Assembly (NCBI RefSeq): GCF_902713615.1
Contig: NC_052175.1
Location: 310,001-374,000, forward strand
From: Scyliorhinus canicula
Lineage: Eukaryota
DNA: 64,000 nt
Direction of reading: 5' to 3'
Positions 24,191 to 34,549 of this stretch are shown piece by piece. Every line of letters begins with the position of its first letter. The first letter of the stretch is position 1. The notes under the pieces are model-generated. The model made no database searches, was not told where the DNA came from, and worked only from the letters and a program-made list of their open reading frames with translations. Both the position numbers and the translations under genes were made by a program.

Positions 24191-25339
24191 TGATGTCAGT
24201 GATAAGCTTTAAAAAACACTTCACTCACTGGCTTTTCACTGTGGGAACTGTTCATTTGGTTTTCTGAAATAATAAACGCAATCAGTACTTTTAACAATGG
24301 ACATTAAACAAACGTTCTTTCAATTTCGGTGTTAAGCATCCATATTCACCCGATCAGCCACAATATGAATTCCAAATCCAAATGAGGATGAATATTCTAG
24401 GCCGGATCATCGAGGCAGTATCGGCAAAGGATAAAATGCTCAATCCTGACAGAGACAAACAATTAGAAGCTGCTGCTCGGTCAAATGATTCTTTATGGGA
24501 AATTCTCAGAGGAAACATGACTCATTTCTGAACACAAAGCAGGAAAATCCGTGCAGAAAATTCTGTGAAAGACCCGTCAGGAACCGAAGTCATGGAATCC
24601 TCAGCAGACTGGTCAGGAATGGAAGGAGGAAGGAAAGAACGAGATAGATTCAGGTTGTTGTGAAGAGTCTGTTTACATGAATCACTGGCAGCATGAGCTG
24701 TGAAATTAACTATACTCAGAGCTTCAACTTTTCTGCAGAAATGCTTGACCTTCCAAAGCGAAGGAGCGGGGGAGTAAAGCTTGCAGCAGAGAACCGGTCT
24801 GGCAACAACGAGGCGAATTGTCTGTGACCGCACCTGTTTGCTGTGAGCGTTAAAAATACCTCGCCCACAGCCCATTTGGAGCTTTGCAAAGCGCATTGAG
24901 ATCTGGATATCAGTGCCCGAGATTGTGACCACTCTCTGCTTGAGATGGAAAATGATGTTCGAGCCAAAAGCTCTCTGTGGTTTTCCTGTTTTTACAGTTG
25001 AGGCGCTTCATCCACCGAACTGCGTTCAGAGGTCACACACTGGCAGTCAATGTGAAACTGTAGACAGCATGCGGGGTTACCGCCCAGCGTGGATTCAACT
25101 AAACACAGAACAGGCTGCTGTACAATCATGCTCATTAACAGTGTGTTAATTAATGTTATACCGATTTCCTATTCCCCTGCCCTGTCCGAGATTTTAACAA
25201 AATTAACAGATTCCCAAATTTATTCACAATTGCACAATGCCTTCATGAGCGTCTCACTGGGATCGCACTGTGTAAGATCGACACACAGAGAACACGGCAA
25301 CACACGAAGGGAGATGGAAACAAGACACCGATTTCCCCC

Positions 25340-26090
25340 CTAACCGCACACTGGCCTGGGACTTTATCGCCATTCCTTTACTTTCCCTGGATCAAACGCC
25401 TGGAGAAACGAGCCTAAAGGTTCATGTGCCGACACGCCACGGACTACAGAGGTGAACAAACCAGCTCCTGATCTCCTTCGAAAAGAACAATAAAAAATAC
25501 ATCATCGGAACTGGCCCTTCGGCCCTCCACGCCTGTTCTGATCATGATGGCCTGAGAAAAAAATCTGCTGCCCTTACTCGTATTCCTCTATTTCCCCTTC
25601 TTCATCTGCCCATCCAGATGCATCTTAAATTATGTTCATGTGCCTGATTTCACCACATCCTCTCACCGCGCGTTCCAGGCACACACCGCTCTCTGCATCA
25701 TAAACTTACCCGCACATCGCCATTGAACATAACTCCTCTCACCTTGGACCTGTGGCCCCTTGTAATTGAAATGAAATTAAATGAAAATCGCTTAATGTCA
25801 CAAGGAGACTTCAATGAATTTACTATGAGAAGCCCCTAGTCGCCACATTCCGGAACCTGTTCGGGGAGGCTGGTACGGGAATTGAACCGTGCTGCTGGCC
25901 TGCCTTGGTCTACTTGAAAAGCCAGCTGTTTAGCCATGGGCTAAACCAGCAGCATACGTCCACCCTTGGAAAAGAGACTCTGAGTTTCCACCCTGTCTAT
26001 TCCTCTCATAATGTAGAGACATTTAGGGAAGGACAATTAATGCCGTACTGACCAGCGATCATCACATCCTATGAACGAACGAAAATAAAT
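25340..26090 (+). mobile_element. 3' end of the second LINE lineage, with a nested CR1 3' fragment (about 25480-26015, minus) and a SINE
   Basis: tatcgccattcctttact...cacggactacagagg, resuming as atttagggaaggacaattaatgc...cacatcctatgaacgaacgaaaataaa. Confidence 0.6.
25767..25950 (-). mobile_element. tRNA-derived SINE with (tttca)n tail
   Basis: Minus strand gctggtttagc...ggttcaattcccgtaccagcctccccg...gtggcgactaggggc; other copies at 37516-37710 and 42853-42956. Confidence 0.85.
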
Positions 26091-27063
26091 TGGTGACCTT
26101 TTGCTTTCATCAGAAGATCAATGCAAATCTTTGTATTTACAAAAAGGTACATGGGAGAACTTTCATTCACTATCTCTTAATTTATCTCCTCTAATGTCTT
26201 TCCTTACTGCAGCTTCTAAGAAATGTACTCTGCCCGGCATGTACTGAATTTCAACTGACAATGGTTTCCAAATATTTCCTAAGTCATATCTTTAGGAAAC
26301 TGTGGGGCATTGTATTGGGTATGTCGACCACCAGAAACCTTTATTCGCGGATTTACGAACAGATGGCATGCAGGCTAAATTAACTCGAGTAACCTCCGTG
26401 TTCACCCATTAATAATGTTGTCTACTATTTTACCCAAAGGGGATATTCTTTTAACTTAACCCATCGGCAACGCGGAAAGCAAGACATTTCTGCTCAAAAT
26501 TTTGTTTAAAGAAGCCACTGAGTCAACATCAGAATGTGCGAGTGTGAACGCGGCTCAGAATCGAAATACAACCAGGTTGACGAGACGCCCAAGGTTCTGG
26601 TTTGTCCCTGACGCTACTCAAAAGATTGGTTTATTCGATCTGTGAATGATCCGAAAGCAACGCCCATTTTCATGATTTTTTTTGTGATATTCAGTAGAAC
26701 AACACATAGAAGGCGACAGAAGAAAATGATTCTAATTCTGTTGAATTGTTTTTATACTTTGGTCCTTGTATGGAATACTGGGATTAACTGCAAATTACTG
26801 CCCACCCCCCAAACTACAAAAAGGATATTGGCAATGGAGCAAACACGATTTACAAGAATGAGAGCAGGGCCGAAATGTCATAAATAACTAGAAATGAGGA
26901 ACAGGCTGTGAATTGTTTAACTGGCGAAGACAAAGCTGACGGACGACCTGGTAGATGCCTTATAAATTGGATCAGCAACATCATGCCAATGACAATCTGG
27001 GATGGATAAACTTGAGTTAATTACTAACTTCAATTTTCAGCATAGATCCCTGCAGTTATTATT

Positions 27064-27335
27064 TCGCCCCGCCTCTGAACTACAGCCAATCAGATTGTTG
27101 TGAGGTCTTCTGTTTCTTGTCAGCTGGGCCACAAAGGCGGTGACGGCAGTGCTAATGATCGTCATATTCACCAAGACACCGCTCACAGAATGGTGTCATA
27201 CTTTCCAGAGAACAGATAGTCATCGTTTCCACCGGATCTGGCCCTGAGCTCGGGTCAGTCTGTGGCCACTCCGGCCGCAGTAACAAGCGAGTGAGAGCGA
27301 AAATGAGGAGTAGTCTCCGGCTCAAGATGGCGAAG
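27064..27335 (+). promoter_or_regulatory. TATA-less promoter and 5' region of the V-C1 receptor gene
   Basis: GC box gccccgcc 27066-27073, CCAAT box agccaatcag 27084-27093, YY1-type caagatggcg 27323-27332 overlapping the second ATG; CpG-enriched. Confidence 0.6.
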
Positions 27336-27381
27336 GAAACTTTCCCCCTGGTACTCATTTTCCTGGTGCTGAGGGGGTACG
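27303..27381 (+). CDS. Exon 1, signal peptide
   Basis: (MRSSLRLK)MAKETFPLVLIFLVLRGY; donor tacg|gtgagc. Confidence 0.85.
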
Positions 27382-30300
27382 GTGAGCAAGCGGCGGTGGG
27401 AAATTTAACCGGAATTACCTTCGTTCAGTATATGTGAGAATGTGTGTTTCTTGAAATAAAACTGTGACCAGTTATCAGGTGAAGTGATTTCATCAGATTG
27501 TGCCAATTTGTTTACTGCCTCCTCTTATAAACCGAAGCAGAAATAAAATCAAGAATAAATCGCACCAAAAACGCTGTAAAACATCAATGAGATTGTTCTT
27601 TAATTACAGCTCAAGCGTTTCAAAGCGGATGTTTCCAATCTCTAAATAATCATTGATGACGAAACAATAATATCTCTGGTTACAGATTCCGAGTCCGCTC
27701 TGTCTCACATCCCCTTCGCAATGACAGCTGAAGTCGGGCAGATCGTGGAATTAACCTGTCATTACATTTACGAAGTGGAAGTGGTGTCTAGCTATGGCTG
27801 GTATAAACAAGGAGTGGGTGAAGCCCCGAAAGCAATCGACATTTCATCCTCTAACGGGGCGGGTGGTAGGTTCATTTCCAAAAAAGGCCACAGCAAAAAA
27901 ATACTGATTTTGGAAATCCGCAATGTCCAGGCGAATGATTCGGGTTCCTACTACTGTGTTCATATAGCTAGCTATGCACCACTCCAGAAAGCAGCTACAC
28001 TACTGGTTGGAGGTAAGAGAACAATTGAAATTAATTCTGATCATGCACCGTGTTATCATTTGGTGTGAATCAATCGTTGACTATGTCTCAATCTGTGTCC
28101 AGACAGTTCCACCAATAAGACGGCGGTGCTGATATTTGTGCCACAGGAAGACGGGAATTCCAGGGAAATATTGGTGTGTTTGGTCAGTGGACTTTCTTCA
28201 AACCGGATTGCTATTTTCTGGAATATATCCGGCCTGGTGGCCGAGGGATCGAGCGATCCCGGTACACTGGAGGAGGACGGGACCTACAGCATCACCAGCC
28301 AGATCATGGTGTCGATGGATATGTGGAGAAACGGCGCTCTCTGTACTTGTTTTGTTCAACTGGGGTCTCCAAACAAAAATTCAACGAAGAGCGTGTTGTT
28401 CCCCAAAGCAGCAGAGACAAGGACAGGTGAGTTGACGTTCTTCACAATGACGATCTTGACAGTGAGAGTCTTTTTCCTCGGATGGTGATGACCAACACGA
28501 GGGGACATAGCTTTAAATTTAGGGGTGATAGATTTAGGACAGATGTCAGAGGCAGTTTCTTTACTGAGAGAGTAGTAGGGGTGCGGAACGCCCTGCCTGC
28601 AACAGTAGTAGACTCGCCAACTTTAAGGGCACTTAAGTGGTCACTGGATAGACATATGGATGAAAATGGAATAGTGTAGGTCAGATATGCTTCAGATGGT
28701 TTCACAGGTCGGCGCAACATCGAGGGCCGAAGGGCCCGTACTGCGCTGTAGTGTTCTATGTTCTATGTTCTATGATGGTTTGAATTCAAGTTAAAATCAA
28801 TAAGAATGATTAGCTCGAAGGTAAGACTCTGAAGCCTGTTAAATAAAACCAAAGGCTTTCCAATATTTATCCAGATAGCTTTGTCATATATTCCCTTGAA
28901 ACTAGAATCTGGTTTTCCTTTTTTACGCAGTCGGCTTTGGAATTGACTTGTGATTAGTTCTCCGCTGGATGAACTTCAGAAACGGAAACCAGACAAAAGT
29001 GTAAATTTTTGTCTAGGAATGACTTGTTTTCTGAGACATTCATTTATTTTCTCTGAATCTCATTTTCCAGAACCTATCATCCGCGTAATATCTGCTTGAT
29101 TGGTTTAATCCTGCTTCCTGAGCCCTGTAATGTTTTAGAACATTACACTCTGGGCCTAATTCTTCACAGCAATGTTATTTTCAGAATGTATCCCAAGTGT
29201 ATCACACTGACGTTACTTGGGCAGGCGAGTCAGAGCCTTATTGTCACAAACCATTGACAGTGGCAGGGCGATTACTAATGCATGAAAAGCTCCAGACATT
29301 AGCAATAACGCAGGAAGTAGAGTAATAAGGGAGCTGTGATGCACGTTAACAAAACTCTGGTTCAGCATCAACTGGAGTATTACGTCCTATCTGGGCATCA
29401 GACTGTATTGAGAATGTATTAGAGACTGTGCAGAAAAGATTCACGGGATTGGTGTCACGGATGGGAAAATAAATTCACATGCATTACCGACACTGTTCTG
29501 CTTCGAGAAGAGAACTTTGACCAGATATGTGACAGTGACGTTTACAGATCAGGAGGGATCTGGGCGGAATACAGAGTGAAAATCTGTAATCAGTGACAGA
29601 AGGATGGCGGGCTAGGTTGCACAGAAGTTATGTGATTGGGAAAGTAATGAACTGCAACATGATGGAGAACCCTTCTGTACACTGAACGTTCATATTTTCA
29701 ATACCCTGCCTGATAGGGGCCTCACGGTAGCATGGTGGTTAGCATCAATGCTTCACAGCTCCAGGGTCCCAGGTTCGATTCCCGGCTGGGTCACTGTCTG
29801 TGTGGAGTCTGCACGTCCTCCCCGTGTGTGCGTGGGTTTCCTCCGGGTGCTCCGGTTTCCTCCCACAGTCCAAAGATGTGCGGGTTAGGTGGATTGGCCA
29901 TGCTAAATTGCCCGTAGTGTAAGGTTAATGGGGGGATTGTTGGGTTACAGGTATACGGGTTACGTGGGTTTGGGTAGGGTGATCATTGCTCGGCACAACA
30001 TCGAGGGCCGAAGGGCCTGTTCTGTGCTGTACTGTTCTATGTTCTATGTTCTATAGTGGGGTTGAAGCAGTTCAATCGTGGCTTTCGAAAGGGAATTAGA
30101 AAATGGTGAGAAATGGAAAAATGTGTAGGGAGAAGGGGAATTGTAGGCGAGTGGAATTAAGCGGGTTGTTGCTGCAGAGAGGTAGCAGAGAGTTGGTGGG
30201 CTGCATGGCATCCTCCTGTGCTGCAATCATTATCTGATTCAGTAATGTTTGGAGATGGAAATGGGAAGAAAAATTAATGCTGTAAGACATACTGAACCAT

Positions 30301-33300
30301 TCAATTTTTAAATTGATGAATCGAGACTAAAATCAAGGGGGCTGGCTGCTCACGTTCACTGGATTGTGATCAGCTGGACACAGATTTTTATGGGAGGAAG
30401 TCACAAGTCTATCGGGAGAGCCGGCGAGATTTGTTAGGAACTGGCGTCTTCAGTTAATGTGGAGAGACTGGAGAAGCTTGGACTCGTCTCCTTGCGGAAG
30501 AGAGGGTTAAGAGGAGAAATGATCGAGTCGGCAATCAACACCAGAACATTTTGATGGAGTAACTAATAGAAATAGTGTCCAATGGCAGGACGTGAGCAAT
30601 CAAGGGGTCACGGATTGAAGATAATCAGCAAAGGGCTGGGGATGTATGGATAGTGTGATTTATACAGAGAGTTATTATTGTCCGGAAGACGCGGCAAAAT
30701 CATATTTAATAGCTACTTTCAGAAGGGGCTTTGCAGAAATATTTAATGGGGAGCAATGTGCAGGTCTATGAAGGAAAGCGGTGGGAGATTAACCCAATTT
30801 GTATAGAACTTTCAGAGTTGACACAAGGACAAAGGGCAGCATCATTCACTGGCTCAGTTTTTCACTATGATATCAGGCTGCTGTTTACATCATACTGATG
30901 CATTGTTAGTGTGGTACAACACTGACAGGTCTATCAGATAATTGATGTCCATGGCCTAACATTGTGCACTCGAATACTCTTGCCATTGTCTTATTCGGAG
31001 ATGTTGCCAACACCTTTAACATAGTTAATTTTCCAAAACACTTCACTAGAACGAAATCAAAGGATGGCACGGTAGCACAGTGGTCAGCACTGTTGCTTCA
31101 CAGCTCCAGGGTCCCAGTTTTGGTTCCAGGGTTGTGTCTGTGCGCAGTTTGCACGCACTCCCCGTGTCTGCGTGGGTTTCCACCGGGTGCTCCGGTTTCC
31201 TCCCACAGTCCAAAGATGTGCATTTAGGTGGATTGACCGTTCGAAATTGTCCATCGTGTCCAAAATGTTTAGTTGGGGTTACTGGGATATGGGGACAGGG
31301 TGAAGGGTGCTATTTCCGAGGGCTGATGCAAACTCGATGGGCCGAATGGCCTCCTTCTGTAGTGTAAATTCTATGATTCTATTTTGCTATCACGTTTTGC
31401 TATCAGTTCCCCGGGCTTTACTTTCCCCCTTCACTCCCAAGGTACAGGTTCCGAATTTTTAACTGAGTTCAGTTTCCCAGCAGAGAATCCCAGGAGATAA
31501 GGATGTGACAGAGAAGCAGATTCTAATTGTTTTGTCTCTGCAGGTTGGTGCAGTCGGGCCCTTCCCGCTTTCATCACTGTCCTGGTGGTTCTGGTTCTCT
31601 TGTTGATTCTACTTTCTATTTGGATTTGTAAATGCGGCAGATCAGGTGAGGAATTCTGTTCATGAGGGATATTGCCGTGATTGTCTATCCAATGTCATTC
31701 CCTTCTCTTGGTATTATTTTGCTAATTGTCGTTTCTTGTTTCAGGAAAATGGGACAACAAAAGCAAAAATGAAACGTAAGTAACTGAGACATTTGCAAAG
31801 TACATCACGGACACTCTCTTTGTGTTTAGTATTGTGTGAAGTCCGGTTCAAACCCAACTCTGACTATAATGTTTCCTGTTGACATTCTGTTATATATTTG
31901 AAGATGAATCTAAAACTGCTGTACAATTAATGATTTTCACACCTTTTTCTGGGACCTAGGCCAGGATTTGGATGACCTAACACTTTCAGAATTCTTCTTG
32001 TCCTTTTTCAGTTTTAGTTTGAGAGAGACAACACAAAGACAGGGGCGGAATGAGCGACAAACGGGTAAGTTCCATTGAAATATTGGCACAGATTAAATAT
32101 GAAATGGCGGGAATTCACCGATTGATAAGTGGACCTCCCTCCATCAAAATATTCTTCAATCACCTCATGGTTCCCTGAAACAGCCAATTATTGATTATTA
32201 ATTCTGCCGGTAATATACCAGGTGGGCAATGGACACGTGACACCCGCGATTGTCCATCCATTGGCGAATTGGGCTCCATTGACGTATTAACTGGCAATTG
32301 ATGCATTGAGGGGCCGTTTATCTATTGGGGGAATACTGGCCTATTTATAAAGCTTTGGCATTGAAGACCATTGTCAATTAGGGTCAATTGATGCGTTGAG
32401 GCCATTGGCTCGTTGATTCGTCATTGTCTTCGCCTGTCTCAAGCTGAATATCTATTCGTCGGAAGAACATAATATTTAAATTCATATTGCATTCTTTGAT
32501 ACCTAGGCAACCACCGCCAAGCACAGACACAAAGTTTACATGACGGTGCGTTACGGGTAAGTGCAAATAATATTTTGTCAAGCTGCCCAGATAATTGTTG
32601 ATTTTTGGAATAATATGCACCCAATCCCACGCTCGATGTTTCACGCGGTTGGCAGCGCACATTCACTTGTTTCAAATTAAACTCGTCGCTGTAACTAAAA
32701 TCAGAACATATTCCTCTGAAGTGGCAGGAGTGGAGGAGCGAGGGGGTTGTGTTGGGATTGGGGAGCAGGAAGCTCTCGGAGTCCAGAATTGACATCAAAT
32801 CACTCAACAAACATCCAAATTAAATACATTCACTGGGCCGTTATGAAATGCATGTTCTGGGAACCCTATTGATTCCGAACGGGCTGCCGAATGTCTTACA
32901 TTGAAAGCCATGATGTGGAGATGCCGGCGTTGGACTGGGGTGAGCACAGTAAGAAGTCTGACAACACCAGGTTAGAGTCCAACAGATTTGATTCAAACAC
33001 GAGCTTTCGGAGCGCTGCTCCTTCCTCCGGTGAGACTCCTACCTGAGGAAGGAGCTGCGCTCCGAAAGCTCGTGTTTGAATCAAACCTGTTGGACTTTAA
33101 CCTGGTGTTGTAAGACTTCTTACATTGAAAGCTTAGACGAGAATTTTGAAAAGTTGCTGTCAAACGACCAGGGCCTTGCAGAGCCGTGTAAGGCGCAATA
33201 TAAGAGCAGCGTCGATTGTGCTAACTGATTTGGTGCTTGAGGGAGAAACATTTCATAAGGTGCCTGGATCTTCACTTAAAATGCTGGAACGTTTAAAGCA

Positions 33301-34088
33301 AGGGATCGGGAGATGGGCAGTGTGATAAGAATGGCCAGCGTGCTTTATATTTCAAGCTCGTTTATTTAAGCACTGACAGCATGGTCTAAATGGCCTCTGG
33401 ATGTGCACACTCACGCCTCCCCCCCCCCCCCCCCTTCTCTGCGTTTCATCGGTGGAAGTCTCTTTATTGTGTCTGGATATGGATTTATCTGCCGGACCTT
33501 ACAGATTACAGATGGGGAAACATGATCATCAGATTTGCTCTTTAACAATACATATATGGAATAAAAATAACAGTTACATTGCCCCCGTTGTCTAGTTAAA
33601 CATTGACGCTGTTTGCTTTAATTTACTTTCCAATTCACTTTAATTTACTTTCCAATTTCACGACTCTATCACAAATCATTTGTGCATTCAATTAGTGCAG
33701 ATAAACATGAAGCAGCATCCTCGCTGATAGATATAGAGGGCACTGGAAGATGATTGAACAGTGGTTTTCAAAAGGGAATCTGTGAAATGTTTGAAGGGTG
33801 GAGAATTGTTGAAGATATGTGGAATGTTAAACAGAGGATTGCACTAACTGACTAGCACTTTCAAGGAGGCAGTACGGATTGAATGGACCGAATGGTATCC
33901 TTCTTAGTTATCTCATTCTGTCGCTTCGTTGAAGTCGAATTCTTTTCGGAATAAGTTGTCATCTATGTTCACTATTTTTGAATGTCAATGCTTCATATAT
34001 TTCCCAGTCTCAGGGCGGACCTCTCTACGCCTCTCTGGATTTGGCCGCATTGGAAAAAAAATCAAAAAAGAAGGCAGGTCGCAGATGA
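27303..34088 (+). CDS. Non-rearranging Ig-superfamily receptor: leader, V, C1, TM, Tyr-motif tail; 8 coding exons; 340 aa from ATG 27327 or 348 aa from ATG 27303 (VJC1/PRARP-like or SIRP-like architecture)
   Basis: Exons 27327-27381, 27686-28012, 28103-28426, 31544-31645, 31745-31775, 32012-32064, 32507-32556, 34008-34088; all GT-AG, phases 1,1,1,1,2,1,0; total 1023 nt with no internal stop. Confidence 0.85.
27686..28012 (+). CDS. Exon 2, complete IgV domain including the G strand
   Basis: Acceptor ggttacag; VELTC, YGWYKQ, LEIRNVQANDSGSYYC, TLLVG; donor gag|gtaaga; 327 nt. Confidence 0.95.
28103..28426 (+). CDS. Exon 3, Ig C1-set domain
   Basis: ILVCLVSG, IFWN, EDGTYSITSQIMV, W...LCTCFV; donor cag|gtgagt; 324 nt; only a 90-nt intron separates it from the V exon. 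Confidence 0.95.
28458..28774 (+). mobile_element. 5'-truncated CR1 3' end in intron 3
   Basis: DSESLFPRMVMTNTRGHSFKFRGDRFRTDVRG; tail (ttctatg)3. Confidence 0.92.
29716..30054 (+). mobile_element. HE1-type SINE with CR1-like tail
   Basis: tRNA-like head with B box ggttcgattcc; tail gagggccgaagggcctgttctgtgctgtactgttctatg. Confidence 0.92.
31062..31382 (+). mobile_element. HE1-type SINE with aaattctatga tail
   Basis: ggcacggtagcacagtggtcagcac...gatgggccgaatggcctccttctgtagtgtaaattctatgattcta. Confidence 0.88.
31544..31645 (+). CDS. Exon 4, transmembrane
   Basis: Acceptor tttgtctctgcag; GWCSRALPAFITVLVVLVLLLILLSIWICKCGRS; donor cag|gtgagg; no charged residue in the hydrophobic run. Confidence 0.88.
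31745..31775 (+). CDS. Exon 5, cytoplasmic
   Basis: Acceptor tttcttgtttcag; GKWDNKSKNET; donor aac|gtaagt (phase 2). Confidence 0.75.
32012..32064 (+). CDS. Exon 6, cytoplasmic
   Basis: Acceptor ttcttgtcctttttcag; FSLRETTQRQGRNERQT; donor cgg|gtaagt (phase 1). Confidence 0.72.
32507..32556 (+). CDS. Exon 7, cytoplasmic
   Basis: Acceptor attctttgatacctag; GNHRQAQTQSLHDGALR; donor cgg|gtaagt (phase 0). Confidence 0.65.
32909..33123. mobile_element. Penelope-derived hairpin mini-element carrying two opposed hammerhead motifs
   Basis: Arms of about 85 bp; attgaaagc (up to cttacattgaaagc) duplicated at 32895-32908 and 33119-33132; begins catgatgtggagatgccggc like the Penelope end at 52400. Confidence 0.88.
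33040..33074 (+). ncRNA. Minimal type I hammerhead ribozyme motif, intact core
   Basis: tac CTGAGGA a GGAGC tgc GCTCC GAAA GC TC gtg: core CUGAGGA/GAAA, 5-bp stem II, palindromic AGCU stem III, CUC cleavage triplet. Confidence 0.75.
34008..34088 (+). CDS. Exon 8, terminal cytoplasmic exon with YxxL motif
   Basis: Acceptor atatatttcccag; SQGGPLYASLDLAALEKKSKKKAGRR*; AATAAA at 34159-34164. Confidence 0.72.
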   Translation, partial: SQGGPLYASLDLAALEKKSKKKAGRR

Positions 34089-34549
34089 GAATTGACAGTT
34101 TTTCCTTGATGAATCCTGGAAGAGACAGGTTATGTGGAACAACCCGAAGCCTTGTGGAAATAAACATAGAGCCAAGGAGACCTCTATCAAGCAGCTAAAC
34201 TCGCCACGTGCATTGCGCTAAACACTGATTCCTTTGTTCAGTGTAGATTATAAAGTGTTGAGAATCATTTGTGATAACCACTGTAACCATTTCGCTAAGA
34301 TATGGCAGAATTCGAGAAAAGTCCAGTGACATTGAGAACACTCGGATGATTGCATCGTTCCAGTTACATTTCATTTCAAATGTCGATATGTAAATATAAA
34401 TAAATTAATCGACCTTTAAACGATGTTGCAATACGTCCAATAATTGATAAAATGTCATCTGTGATTTCTGTTGAGCTGAAAATATCAGTGGAGGATTCAG
34501 ATGAGATGTCAATTGGGGAAAATGATCAAAGTAACAATAGGCCCAGGTG

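Noticed and set aside
27152-27358. 68-aa antisense ORF over the receptor's 5' UTR
   Set aside because: No recognisable domain; overlaps a better supported leader exon; expected by chance in GC-rich DNA.
27686-28426. Germline-joined Ig light chain or TCR gene
   Set aside because: No RSS or separate J, no FGxG, the C exon splices on to an uncharged TM, and the tail is long.
28427-28488. Read-through of the C1 exon giving a hydrophobic tail (GELTFFTMTILTVRVFFLGW*) as a secreted or alternative isoform
   Set aside because: Most of the extension and its stop come from the CR1 insertion starting at about 28458; no independent support.
29716-29800. tRNA genes in SINE heads
   Set aside because: A/B-box-like motifs are present but there is no complete cloverleaf, and all continue into SINE bodies.
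33929-34198. 89-aa ORF as the receptor's last exon (VSGRTSLRL frame)
   Set aside because: It would need a phase-1 join; the phase-0 frame supplied by exon 7 gives a YxxL motif and a nearer stop, which fits better. Direct exon 6 to exon 8 skipping cannot be excluded.
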